Of a stretch of DNA of 64,000 nt, positions 1 to 9,329 are shown piece by piece. The stretch comes from Bauldia sp. Lineage in GTDB: Bacteria > Pseudomonadota > Alphaproteobacteria > Rhizobiales > Kaistiaceae. The number at the start of each line of letters is the position of its first letter. The first letter of the stretch is position 1. Position numbers and translations under genes: made by a program. The stretch lies in NCBI GenBank assembly GCA_020849325.1, contig JADLGL010000002.1:413-64412 (forward strand). Reading direction: 5' to 3'. The notes beneath the pieces are model-generated. The model ran no database searches. It was not told the origin of the DNA and was given only the letters and a program-made list of their open reading frames with translations.

Positions 1-2254
1 CATTGGCGAGCATGCCGAAGATCGAGCGCGCCGCCCCGAGATTGCCCATGTACATGTAGCTGTAGCCGCGGATGATCATGAGATCGTTCTGCTCGCCGGC
101 AATGCGCGCCCGCTCGTCGAGGATGCGGATCGCCTCGGCGTAGCGGCCGTCCTGATAGGCGGCGACGGCGCGCTGCGAGAGGATGTTGGCCTGGACCTCG
201 TCGGCCCGCGCCGCCGTCATCTCTCCCTGGGTGGCCGCGATCGCGGCGCGGTCGGTGACACCGAGGCGGAGATAGGCGAGCGACTGGCCGTAGGCGGCAT
301 CGGAGCGGGTCGCGGCCGAACTGCTTCGCAGCGCGACGCCGAACGCCGCGGCGGCTTCGGTCGGCCGGTCGAGGTCCATCAGGCACCAGCCGCGGTTCAG
401 CGCCGCCGCCGGCGATAGCGATTCGGGGTTGACCGAGGTCGAGCATGCCGTCGTCCCGCCGCCACCGCCCGTCGCGGCGATGGTGGCAGCCGCCTGGGTG
501 GTCGCGGCGGCCACGGGCGCGACATAGGCGGTCGTCGTGGGAGCGGCCGCGTAGGTGGTCTGGGCCGTGCCGTAGGTCGCTGGAACGGTGCCGTAGGTCG
601 AGGTGACGCCGACCGGGGCGGTGTAGGTGGTGGTCGGCGTGGTTGCGCCGCGGGTTCCCGTCGTGACGATCGTCGGGACCGGAACGGTGGTCTGGACGGC
701 GCCGCCCTGCTGCTGGAGCTGCCGGGCCGCCGCGGGATCGGTCAGCGCCCGGATGCGGAGCGAGCGGGCGCCCCACTGTGCCACCAAGGCATTGAGGCCC
801 GCCGTGTCCTGGAGGCGCTGCAGCGCGACGCCGAGGCCATAGGCGGCCTCCTCGTTGTCGGCGAGCCAGGCGAGCGAGGTCTGGAACCAGACGACCGCGG
901 TCGTCACCTGGCTGAGATTGTAGGCGTACCAGCCGAGCTGGCGGGCGCCGACGCCGTCGCGGACCTCGCCCACCGTCTCCGCCATGCGGCGAAGCACGGC
1001 CGGCGCGATGTCGGGGATCGGCTGTGCGGCGAGATAGGTCGCGACCGCCGCGAGGTAGACCGCCATCACCGGATCGGAATCCTCGCGGTAGGCGTAGACC
1101 ACGTCCTCCGCCTCGTCGGCGCGGTCGAGGTCGATCATCGCCAGCGCAAGGCCCTGCGCCGCCTCGGCGGTTGCGTCGCGCTGATAGGCGAGGCGGAACC
1201 AGGGTTCCGAGCGCCGCGCTTCGTCGCGCAGCTGATAGTACCAGCCGAGGAGGAGCGCATCGGCGGGACCGGTGCCGAGACGGGCCGCCTCTTCCATCCG
1301 CGCGATCTCGTCGGCGGTGAGCACGATCCTGTCGTCCTCGGCGCCGACCACGAGGTCCATGCGGGCCTCCTCGGTGCGTATCGGGTCGAACTCGGCGGCG
1401 GTGCCGGTACCGGCGCGCTCGTAGCGGTACAGCGTCCGGAAATCGTCGCGATCGAGGTAGCCGAGCGCCTTCTGCATGGTGGCGAGGCGCTCCGACGGCA
1501 CGTCGCAGTTCTGGAGGATGTAGGTGTAGACGTCGAGGGCGCGCGGCTCGCGGTCGGTGAGCGCGAACGCCTCGGCGATGCGCCACATCACGTCCATCTC
1601 GGAGCAGACGAGAAGCGTCGGATTCTGGGCGGCGGCGACGATGACCTCGTCGAAGCGGCGCGCGTTGGAGGCGGCGATCAGCCGGTTCCGCGCCTCGCCG
1701 ATGGCGAGGAGGTCGAGGAGCGCCGCCGGCGGCGACCAGCCGGGCTCGCGCGCCTGCCGGTCGGCAATGGCGGTGCGGACGTCGGCGAAGCGCCCTTCGG
1801 AATAGAGCGCCCACATCCGGTCCATCTCGGTGTCGACATAGACGGGCGTCGCGAGGGGATCGGCGGGCGGCACCCACGCCGGGTAGAGCGCCTGGAGGCG
1901 CGCGATCTCGGCCTGAAGACGGACCGTGTCGCCCTGGCGGGCGAAATAACGGAGCGCGGCGGTGTCGACCTCGGGGATAGCGGCCGTATCACCGCCCGCG
2001 GCGGCGATTTGGACGGCGGGCGCCGCGGCCGGGGTGGCCGCCGGCGCGGCGTTGATGGTGGTGGTCGCCGTGGCGACGGCGGGCGCCGCGGTCGCGCCAC
2101 CAGCGGCGATGGTTGCGATCGGCACCTGCTGCTGGGTGGTCGCCACCGTCGGCATGCCGGTCGGGACCGGGCCGCCGAAGAAGCTGCGCAGCACGAAGAA
2201 GCCCGCGACGAGGGCTACGACGACGACGAATACCTGGAGGGGCCGGACCTTCAT
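1..2254 (-). CDS. Cellulose-operon accessory protein with helical-repeat (TPR-like) regions, BcsK-like; C-terminus lies beyond the left window edge
   Basis: Not in the ORF track because it has no in-window stop. The minus-strand frame is open from the ATG (2254-2252) to base 2. The ATG overlaps the bcsZ stop (ATGA at 2251-2254). My translation starts MKVRPLQVFVVVVALVAGFFVLRSF (signal/TM) and contains LGWYYQLRDEARRSEPWFRLAYQRD and QLGWYAYNLSQVTTAVVWFQTSLAWL, plus a Thr/Ala/Tyr-rich linker at about 480-700. The BcsK-like name is inferred from its position after bcsA-bcsB-bcsZ and from the absence of bcsC in the visible part. Confidence 0.6.
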   Translation of the reverse strand, partial: MKVRPLQVFVVVVALVAGFFVLRSFFGGPVPTGMPTVATTQQQVPIATIAAGGATAAPAVATATTTINAAPAATPAAAPAVQIAAAGGDTAAIPEVDTAALRYFARQGDTVRLQAEIARLQALYPAWVPPADPLATPVYVDTEMDRMWALYSEGRFADVRTAIADRQAREPGWSPPAALLDLLAIGEARNRLIAASNARRFDEVIVAAAQNPTLLVCSEMDVMWRIAEAFALTDREPRALDVYTYILQNCDVPSERLATMQKALGYLDRDDFRTLYRYERAGTGTAAEFDPIRTEEARMDLVVGAEDDRIVLTADEIARMEEAARLGTGPADALLLGWYYQLRDEARRSEPWFRLAYQRDATAEAAQGLALAMIDLDRADEAEDVVYAYREDSDPVMAVYLAAVATYLAAQPIPDIAPAVLRRMAETVGEVRDGVGARQLGWYAYNLSQVTTAVVWFQTSLAWLADNEEAAYGLGVALQRLQDTAGLNALVAQWGARSLRIRALTDPAAARQLQQQGGAVQTTVPVPTIVTTGTRGATTPTTTYTAPVGVTSTYGTVPATYGTAQTTYAAAPTTTAYVAPVAAATTQAAATIAATGGGGGTTACSTSVNPESLSPAAALNRGWCLMDLDRPTEAAAAFGVALRSSSAATRSDAAYGQSLAYLRLGVTDRAAIAATQGEMTAARADEVQANILSQRAVAAYQDGRYAEAIRILDERARIAGEQNDLMIIRGYSYMYMGNLGAARSIFGMLAN

Positions 2255-3330
2255 AGGCAGGCGGGACGGTGCTCGGCGAGGTAGAACCAGGAGAGCAGAT
2301 AGAGCGTCGCCGAATAGTAGAGGACCGGCTCGAAGGTCAGGAGGTTCCCGGGCACCGGCGTGCCGTTCACGGCGCAATCGGCGGCGGCGAGCACCATGCG
2401 GTAACCGGGATCGGACAGCGGCTCCAGCGTCGCGCCGGTGTCGAGGAGCACCACGGCACTCGACCCGTTCGCGGTACGGTTGCGGAGGAACGGCGCAATG
2501 AGGCCCGGCGTCGCGAGCCCCGAGCGCATGAGGTAGAGCGGGATGCGGATGGCGTTGTAGCCGAACACCCGGTCGAAGCCGGCGGCCGGCCGCGGCGTGC
2601 GGTTGCCGAGCGACGACCACTCCGGCGGCAGTTCGGCCGGCCCGGTCCGCGACTGGTCGAGGAGCGCGATGCCCGACGAGGTCACCGCCTCCCACGGATA
2701 GGCCGGCGCCAGACGGCTCAGCACCGGCATCGCCTCGAACACCCAGTACGAGATGTTGACGACCGGCCCGTCGGACCGATCGGTCGCCTTGAAGCCCCAG
2801 ACGCCGGGAAGGATGTAGGTGAAGGTGCCGTTGTCGGCGATGGTCTCCCGTCCGATCGCCTCGGCGATGGCGGTCGCGTCGGCGGTGAGCGAGGGGTCGC
2901 GCCACGCCTCGCCGGCGAGCGCGAGCGCATAGGCGATGAGGATGTCGCCGTCGGTGGCGTTGTTGAGGTCCGTGATCGGCGGCGTCGCGTTGGGGTCCCA
3001 GCGCCAGGCGGCGAGCCCGTCGGGGCGGACGTAGAGCTGGCGGTCGGTGAAGCGCCAGATCTGGCGGAACGCCGCCTCGTCGCCGGCGAGATAGGCCAGG
3101 AGCATCCCGTAGCCCTGCCCCTCGCTGTGCGAGATCGAGCCGTTGGCGTTGTCGATCACGCGGCCGCCCGGATCGACGAAGCGGGCCTTGTAGGCCGGCC
3201 AGAAATCGCGCGCGCCTACCGAGAGATCGTCGCCCTGCGACGCCGCCGGCGACAGCATCGCCGCGGCCACGGCAAGGCCCGCGGCGCCGTTGCGGAGGCG
3301 CGCCAGAACCCGGCGATGCGAGGGCGTCAT
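2251..3330 (-). CDS. bcsZ: Endo-1,4-beta-glucanase, glycoside hydrolase family 8 (cellulose synthase operon endoglucanase)
   Basis: C-terminal 359 codons of track ORF 2251..5754, starting MTPSHRRVLARL with a signal peptide. GH8-type SHSEGQGYGMLLA motif. The ATG at 3330 overlaps the bcsB stop (ATGA at 3327-3330). The upstream 800 aa of the track ORF is an Arg/Pro/Gly-rich frame artefact. Confidence 0.88.
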   Translation of the reverse strand: MTPSHRRVLARLRNGAAGLAVAAAMLSPAASQGDDLSVGARDFWPAYKARFVDPGGRVIDNANGSISHSEGQGYGMLLAYLAGDEAAFRQIWRFTDRQLYVRPDGLAAWRWDPNATPPITDLNNATDGDILIAYALALAGEAWRDPSLTADATAIAEAIGRETIADNGTFTYILPGVWGFKATDRSDGPVVNISYWVFEAMPVLSRLAPAYPWEAVTSSGIALLDQSRTGPAELPPEWSSLGNRTPRPAAGFDRVFGYNAIRIPLYLMRSGLATPGLIAPFLRNRTANGSSAVVLLDTGATLEPLSDPGYRMVLAAADCAVNGTPVPGNLLTFEPVLYYSATLYLLSWFYLAEHRPACL

Positions 3331-5723
3331 GACTGCCGTCCCACGGATTTGAGGAGCCACGCGGTGGCAATGCCGAGAAGGATGCAGAGGCCGAGAAGGA
3401 GGCCGCCATAGACGAGGAGGTTCTTCGACAGCCAGTTCGTCGCCACCATGCGGAGATTCGCGGGGCTCGCCGGTTCCGTGAAGACGATGTCGGCGCCCGC
3501 GAGCGGCACGAATTCTACCGCGCCCGTGGCGGGCCAGTAGGTCGCGACCTGGCCCTCGATCCGCCGCCAGTTGTCGGGACGGACCATCAGTTCGGTGGTG
3601 CGCTGCAGCGTTTCGCGGGTCGGCGCCGTGAGCACCGTCCAGGCGGTCTGGCCCGCGGACGGGGCGCCCTGGGCGAGGAGAAGGCCGGCCCCGTCGGGCG
3701 GCGCATAGTCGAGCCGCTGGGCGCCGCCGAAGCGGAGCGTCGCGAGCGAGATGTCGAACGTGCGGCTCAGCCAGTCGGAGAACGAGCTGATCTGCCCGCG
3801 CCAGCCGCCGCCCCCGGCGAGGGCGTCGCGCCAGCGGTCGAAGGTGATGTTGTTGTCGGCCTGGACGTTGACCTGGAGCGGGATGCCCGGATCGGGCGCG
3901 ACCGGATCGACCCAGCGGTCGATCGCCGTGTCGGCGATGCCGGCGACGTCGGCGACGCCGGTGGGCAGCTGCGATGCCGCGCCGACGAAGAGGCCGAACG
4001 GCGTTGCCGAACTGCTCGGCGAGGCGGCGGGGTTCACGTCGATCGGCCGGCCGCCCATCACCGCGAGCTGCGCGAGGAAGGTCGCCGCCGCCGACATCGT
4101 CTCCGGCGCGAGGCGGCCGAGGACGAGGGCGAGAGGCTGGTCGCCGAACGGGTACGCAGCGCCGGTCAGGGCCGAGAGGTCCGGCAGCTGCGCGGCCCGC
4201 GCATAGTCGGGCATGACGATCGATGTCGTGTCGAAGAGCGCGAAGCGGCTGATGTTGGAGGCGGTGGCGCCGGGAACGCAGACCTCGTCGCCCGCGGTGG
4301 GAAGAACCGCCTCGATCTCGATGCTGTTGGCGCCGGGCTTGAAGTGGCGAAGGGGCACGCCGACCTCGAGCTGGCGGAGGATGCCGCCGCCGCGCGTCAC
4401 GATCGGCGTGGTCGCCGCGATCTCGCCGTTGACGTAGACGTCGATGTGGCCGCCCGGCAGCACCTCGGCGGAGTAGGCCGCGTCGAGGAAGAGCGACGCG
4501 TAGCCATAGGCCTGCGCGTAGAGGTCGTACGGCATCGCGACGACGAAGCCGGTGCGGAAGCGCCGGCCGGTGAACTCGGTGGTGGGCACGCCCAGCTGGG
4601 CGAGGGTCAGGCTCGCGCCGCCGTCCATCATCTGGACTTCGGGGAAGTGCCAGGACTGCGAGGAGATCGCGACGCGCGTCGATCCGGCGGGCGGGGTGAG
4701 CGGGGCGACGAGGCCATCGACCGCAAGCCCGATGTCGGCCCAGCTCCGGCCGCTGACGAGGAGCGTCGGGCCGTCGAGGCCCTGAAGGAAGGCGATCGTG
4801 GGGCCATTCACGCTGTCGACGACGGCAGCGCCGAGGACCGGGCGGAGCTCGTCGACGGTGCCGATGACGACCGAGAGGATGCCGGGACCGTGGCCGCCGC
4901 CGTCGGTCGCGGAGACGCGGACGACCTGCGACGGCGCATCCATGTGGATCGCGACCGCTTCCGCGACGCGGAAGAGATCGCGCGTCGCGGCCGCCTGCTC
5001 GAGCGCCGGCAGGAGGATGTTGACGACGGCATGGCCCGTCGCGTCGACGCCGATCGAGCGGAGGTCGGCGAGCTGGGTGATGGCGTTCGAGGCGGGATCG
5101 GCGAAGGCGATGTAGGTGCCGGCGGTGTCGATCTCGGTCCACAGCTCGTAGGTCGACTGGATGGTGCAGTCGGTGCGGTGCCGCTGGCTCGCCTCGATGC
5201 GGATGCGGTTGGCGCCGGCATGAAGGAGGCCGGGCGGCAGGTCGACGATGAAGTCGGCGGGATCGTCGGAGTTCGCGATCGGCGCTTCGATGACGAGGCG
5301 GTCGTTGATGAGGAGCCGAAGGCTCGACGCTTCGGGCGCGACGAGGAGCGCATTGGTGAAGGCGAGGTGGAGCGTCGCCTGCGCGTTCGCCTGCGCGGCG
5401 GTGAGGTAGGTCGACCACGAGCGGCCATCGACCTCGCCGGACAGGCGGAAATCCTGGAACGGGACGATCGGGCGATCGAAGGTCGCCGAAGGAAGCGCCG
5501 CGACGGTCGTGTCGGGCGCCGGCACGCCGCGGAGCTCGCCGCCGACGGGCTGCGCGGGCGTCGTTGTTGCCGGCGCCGTGACGGCGGGCGGCGGGGTCAC
5601 CATTGCCGGCGGCAGGGCATCGCGTTCGACGCCCATGTCGAACGGGATCGCGACCTGGGCCGCGGCGGGCGTCCAGAACGCGGTCGCCAGAAGGAGGGCC
5701 GCGAGCGGCCTTGCGGATGTCAC
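3327..5723 (-). CDS. bcsB: Cellulose synthase periplasmic subunit BcsB (cyclic-di-GMP-binding protein family)
   Basis: In-frame part of track ORF 3327..6248. GTG at 5723 (VTSARPLAALLLATAFWTPAAAQ, a signal peptide) overlaps the bcsA stop (GTGA at 5720-5723). About 798 aa with a C-terminal TM anchor (LLVYGGLLLGLCILLGIATAWLL), as in BcsB. Confidence 0.85.
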   Translation of the reverse strand: MTSARPLAALLLATAFWTPAAAQVAIPFDMGVERDALPPAMVTPPPAVTAPATTTPAQPVGGELRGVPAPDTTVAALPSATFDRPIVPFQDFRLSGEVDGRSWSTYLTAAQANAQATLHLAFTNALLVAPEASSLRLLINDRLVIEAPIANSDDPADFIVDLPPGLLHAGANRIRIEASQRHRTDCTIQSTYELWTEIDTAGTYIAFADPASNAITQLADLRSIGVDATGHAVVNILLPALEQAAATRDLFRVAEAVAIHMDAPSQVVRVSATDGGGHGPGILSVVIGTVDELRPVLGAAVVDSVNGPTIAFLQGLDGPTLLVSGRSWADIGLAVDGLVAPLTPPAGSTRVAISSQSWHFPEVQMMDGGASLTLAQLGVPTTEFTGRRFRTGFVVAMPYDLYAQAYGYASLFLDAAYSAEVLPGGHIDVYVNGEIAATTPIVTRGGGILRQLEVGVPLRHFKPGANSIEIEAVLPTAGDEVCVPGATASNISRFALFDTTSIVMPDYARAAQLPDLSALTGAAYPFGDQPLALVLGRLAPETMSAAATFLAQLAVMGGRPIDVNPAASPSSSATPFGLFVGAASQLPTGVADVAGIADTAIDRWVDPVAPDPGIPLQVNVQADNNITFDRWRDALAGGGGWRGQISSFSDWLSRTFDISLATLRFGGAQRLDYAPPDGAGLLLAQGAPSAGQTAWTVLTAPTRETLQRTTELMVRPDNWRRIEGQVATYWPATGAVEFVPLAGADIVFTEPASPANLRMVATNWLSKNLLVYGGLLLGLCILLGIATAWLLKSVGRQS

Positions 5724-8005
5724 GCGGCGCTCCCGCCGGCGCGGGCGCCGCCATTGCCCGAGGCGATCGCCGGCGTCGTCCCGGCGCCCGGCTTCGCGTC
5801 TTCCTGGCGCATGCGCTCGGCGAGCTGGATGAGGCGGGTGACGTCGGGTTCCGGCTGCTTGCCGATCGCCTTCACGAGATAGCCGAGGCCGCGGAAGGTC
5901 TGGAACAGCGCGGTCCAGTAGAACCACAGCGTGCCGCGGAGGAGCCCGATATTGATGCGGCGCGCCTTCTGCATCGCCGTCCAGCGCTCGGAATTGGCGA
6001 AGACGAGGTCGGCGACGAGGCGGTAGTGCACCGGCTCGGCGATGGCGAAGCGGCAGCCGAGGGCGATGCCCTTGTCGTCGGTGGCGATGTTCTGGACCGT
6101 CAGGGGCAGGACGTTGGTCGAGAGCTCGGTGTAGGGCGTGAACCGCACCGCGCCCTCGACGATGCCGCGGAGGTCGCCGTCGCTGACGCCGACGACCTGG
6201 ATGCGGGCGCCGTGCACCGACACGTCGGCGATGGTCGCCGCGCGCCACTCGCCGTTGAACAGGAACTCGGCCCGCCGCTGGATCGGGATGCGGCGCGTGC
6301 GCTGCCGCTCGCTCCGCTCCGAGACGACGCCGAGGGCGCAGCCGACGATCATGAGGTTGAGGAGATTCCAGCCGCCGACGACGAGCGTCACGTCGGCCCG
6401 GTAGGGTTCGGTGATGACGCGGTAGATGGTCATCACCACCGCGAGAACGAGGAAGGCGAAGATCAGGTAGAACGGCCGGCCGATCTCCGAGATGCGCGCC
6501 TTCTCGATCGACTCGTCCTTCGCCGTCACCTTGAAGGTCGGCTTGGTCGGGTTGCGGATGACCGAGATCAGCGCCGGCAGAAGATGGATCGACTGGACGT
6601 ACTCATACAGATCCGAGATCCAGGGCCATCGGTATGCGCCGTAGAGGTAGTTCTGCATGATCAGGTTCACGATCATGTACGACGACGTATAGGCCAGGAA
6701 CTCCTGGCCTGATGCCACGAAAATCTCGAGATCGAAGATGAGATAGAACAGCGGCGCGATGAGGAACATCACGCGCGTGAACGGGAACAGCCAGAACATC
6801 ATGCTGGACATGTAGCAAAAGCGCTGGGCCATCGTGAGCCCGCGCTTGAACAGCGGGAAGTTGAAGCGGAGGATCTGCATCATCCCCTGCGCCCAACGGC
6901 TGCGCTGTCCGATGAAGGACGCGAAGGTCGCGGGCTGGAGGCCGGCGATCAGCGGCTTGTCGACATAGATCGAGTTCCAGCCCGTCGCATGGAGGCCGAG
7001 CGCGGTCTCGCAGTCCTCGGTGATCGAGCGGCCGGCAAAACCCTTCGTCTGGTTCAGCGCCTTGCGGCTGAGGAGCGCCGCCGAGCCGCAGAAGAACGAG
7101 GCGTTCCACTTGTCTAGGCCGCGCTGGATGACGCCGTAGAACATCTCGTTCTCGGACGGCATGCGCTCGAAGGTCTGGAGGTTCCGCTCGAGCGGGTCGG
7201 GATTGAGGAAGAAGTGCGGCGTCTGGACGAGGAAGAGCTTTGGATCGTGGGCGTAGTAGCCCACCGTCTCCTTGAGGAAGTCGCGCGCCGGGGCATGGTC
7301 GGCGTCGAACACGGCGATGAGGTCGCCGTTCGAGTGCTCGAGGCCGTTGTTCATGTTGCCGGCCTTGGCGTGGACGTTGCGCTCGCGCGTGAGATAGCGG
7401 ACGCCGAGCGAAGCGCAGAGCGCCTGGAGCGCCGCGTGGCGGCCCTGGGCCGCGACCGCGTCTTCCGCCTTCTCCGAATTGCGCTTCTGAACCGTACCGC
7501 CGTCGTCGAGGAGCCAGACGGTGAACTTGTCCTCGGGGTAGTCCATCGCCTTCGCCGCGGCCATCGTGGTGGCGAGCAGCGAGAGATCCTCATTGTAGGT
7601 GGGAATGAAGACGTCGACCGTCGGCTCCTCGCCCTTCTTGATCGGGGGCGCCTTCCGCGGCGGCAGCGGCATCATCACCACGAACAGCGACAGGAAGAGC
7701 ATCATCACCGAGTACATTTCGGCGACGTAGAGAAGGAGGCCGGGGATGAAGTTCTCCGGCTGGTTGATCGGCGGCAGCGTGCTGGTGGTGCGCCAGAACA
7801 CGTAGCGGAGGACGATCGACGTGCCGAGCGCGAGCGCGATGAGGCGGCCGATGCCCTGGGCGCGGAACAGTTTCAGCGTCATCATCGCGACGACGGCGGC
7901 GGTGCCGGCGATGAGGTGCGTCTGCAGGCTGATCGGCAGCGTGATGATGATCAGCACCGCGCCGGCGATGACCGCCCAGAGGGCTATGACGAACTGCTTT
8001 GGCAT
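5720..8005 (-). CDS. bcsA: Cellulose synthase catalytic subunit (GT2) with C-terminal PilZ c-di-GMP receptor domain
   Basis: 761-aa ORF. Motifs present: LDDGG, FDADH, TEDCETA, QRSRWAQG (QxxRW). PilZ signature RRIPIQRR ... DVSVHGA. Multiple TM segments. Confidence 0.95.
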   Translation of the reverse strand: MPKQFVIALWAVIAGAVLIIITLPISLQTHLIAGTAAVVAMMTLKLFRAQGIGRLIALALGTSIVLRYVFWRTTSTLPPINQPENFIPGLLLYVAEMYSVMMLFLSLFVVMMPLPPRKAPPIKKGEEPTVDVFIPTYNEDLSLLATTMAAAKAMDYPEDKFTVWLLDDGGTVQKRNSEKAEDAVAAQGRHAALQALCASLGVRYLTRERNVHAKAGNMNNGLEHSNGDLIAVFDADHAPARDFLKETVGYYAHDPKLFLVQTPHFFLNPDPLERNLQTFERMPSENEMFYGVIQRGLDKWNASFFCGSAALLSRKALNQTKGFAGRSITEDCETALGLHATGWNSIYVDKPLIAGLQPATFASFIGQRSRWAQGMMQILRFNFPLFKRGLTMAQRFCYMSSMMFWLFPFTRVMFLIAPLFYLIFDLEIFVASGQEFLAYTSSYMIVNLIMQNYLYGAYRWPWISDLYEYVQSIHLLPALISVIRNPTKPTFKVTAKDESIEKARISEIGRPFYLIFAFLVLAVVMTIYRVITEPYRADVTLVVGGWNLLNLMIVGCALGVVSERSERQRTRRIPIQRRAEFLFNGEWRAATIADVSVHGARIQVVGVSDGDLRGIVEGAVRFTPYTELSTNVLPLTVQNIATDDKGIALGCRFAIAEPVHYRLVADLVFANSERWTAMQKARRINIGLLRGTLWFYWTALFQTFRGLGYLVKAIGKQPEPDVTRLIQLAERMRQEDAKPGAGTTPAIASGNGGARAGGSAA

Positions 8006-8123
8006 CGGACCGGCAGGTTGGGCGGCGCAAATGCCGCGGCGTCTGAGCGGAAGTATGGATCAGCGGCTGCTAGCAACGGGTTAAGCGCGCTTCCTCGAAC
8101 GCGGTCGAAATGTCGCGCCGGCT

Positions 8124-9041
8124 TCAGGGTGGTAAAGGAACGGTGGGGCCGGTCGGCGTGCCCGTCCCGCCGGTCGGCGTCGCGCCGGGCGGAAGCGGCA
8201 CGGCGGGGCCGGTGGGCACGATGACGGGAGCCGCGGCGGTGGCGGTCGTGGCGGCGCGGGGCGCGGTGGCGCGCGGCCGTTCCAGCACGTCGCGCGGCGG
8301 GCGGATTTCCTGGAGCGGGACGATGTCGAGGACGCCGGTGCCGTGGGGCGCCCACGCGGCGTCGGTGTAGTAGGTGGTGATCGTGAGGCCGTACATGACC
8401 TCGATCAGCTGCGCCTCGGTCGCCCCGGTCCTGCAGATGCGGAGCCGGAGACCGATCGCCGCGTCCCGGCTCTCGTCCTCGAGCGTCGTGCTCGCCGCGC
8501 CGACGCGCTGCCAGGCGTAGAGGCAGAGGTCGTTGCTGTAGTAGCCGACGGCGTAGCCGAACGCGCCGTACTTGTTCTGGACGAAGAACGGCGAGACCGT
8601 CATGCCGACATTGGGCACCGCCTCGTCCATCTCCTCCCAGATGTCGCCCATGTCGAGGAGGTTGTTGTCGATGGTGGCGTGGGTCGCCATCCGGAACGGC
8701 GCCGGGCCGAACAGCTGGATTCGGATGAAGTTCTGGCCCTCGCGATTGGAGGACTGGCCAAGGACGATCTCCTGCTCGACCGCGTTGTAGTGGCGGCGCT
8801 GGACGACCGAAATCACCGCGGGGCCGGCCGGCGCCGGGACCGCGAAAGCCTGCTCCGACGGCACCATGATCGCCTCGGTCGCCTGCTGGAGCGTGGCGGG
8901 CTCGGGCACGGTGGTGCAGCCCGCGAGCGCCAGGACGAGGGGCGCGGCCCATACGGCAATGCGCCCCGCGGCCGGTTTCCTGCCGGCGTCAGAAACCCGC
9001 CGGAGCGGCCGCGAGGCCCCGAGCCCTCGTCCTTCAGTCAT
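8124..9041 (-). CDS. Lipoprotein encoded immediately upstream of bcsA, BcsN-like; Pro/Thr/Gly-rich C-terminal tail
   Basis: 305-aa ORF with lipobox LVLALAGC and tail PTGPAVPLPPGATPTGGTGTPTGPTVPLPP. Lies 118 nt upstream of bcsA on the same strand. The BcsN assignment rests on position in alphaproteobacterial bcs loci and is not verified by HMM. Confidence 0.6.
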   Translation of the reverse strand: MTEGRGLGASRPLRRVSDAGRKPAAGRIAVWAAPLVLALAGCTTVPEPATLQQATEAIMVPSEQAFAVPAPAGPAVISVVQRRHYNAVEQEIVLGQSSNREGQNFIRIQLFGPAPFRMATHATIDNNLLDMGDIWEEMDEAVPNVGMTVSPFFVQNKYGAFGYAVGYYSNDLCLYAWQRVGAASTTLEDESRDAAIGLRLRICRTGATEAQLIEVMYGLTITTYYTDAAWAPHGTGVLDIVPLQEIRPPRDVLERPRATAPRAATTATAAAPVIVPTGPAVPLPPGATPTGGTGTPTGPTVPLPP

Positions 9042-9218
9042 GTTGGCCGCACCCGAATCCCAATCCGGCCCGAATGTGCGAACATATGGTTAACGAAGGG
9101 TTTTCGCGGCGGGCCGAACCGCCCGTGCACCTGCGCCGAAAACCGCGATGCGGCTCGATTTCCCCGACGAAGCGGCGCGTTAACCACTTCGTCCCGACGA
9201 GGGTGGCGGTGCGGGTTG

Positions 9219-9233
9219 GTTCACGCGACGTTC
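9219..9233 (+). promoter_or_regulatory. Candidate LexA (SOS) box of the alphaproteobacterial direct-repeat type, GTTC-N7-GTTC
   Basis: Exact GTTCACGCGACGTTC in the lower-GC spacer. It is 97 nt upstream of the small ORF at 9330 and 178 nt upstream of the divergent bcsN-like start. Confidence 0.35.
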
Positions 9234-9329
9234 AGACATCGCGGCGCATTTTCGTGAAATCGAAAGGTCGGAACCGATCCCGATACCGCGGGTTAACAAA
9301 TGCGGAAAGGGTTGGTTACGGAGGCACGA

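Noticed and set aside
2251-5754. Very long ORFs in alternative frames or antisense to recognisable genes. Examples: 2251..5754 upstream part, 2269..3411, 4344..5882, 9844..12288, 9903..12362, 31456..33519, 31607..33871, 38002..40707, 40289..42808, 42612..45515, 42788..46450, 50542..52731, 50595..52712, 58016..60274, 58260..60410, 60284..62497.
   Set aside because: Their products are Arg/Pro/Gly/Ala-rich with no motifs, and each overlaps a frame with clear domain signatures. Stop-poor off-frames are the expected artefact of very high GC content. Only the sub-ORF with recognisable motifs was kept in each case.
8006-8123. Possible c-di-GMP riboswitch or other leader between the bcsN-like gene and bcsA.
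   Set aside because: I could not recognise GEMM-type conserved elements or a convincing structure. c-di-GMP control is already explained by the PilZ domain of BcsA.
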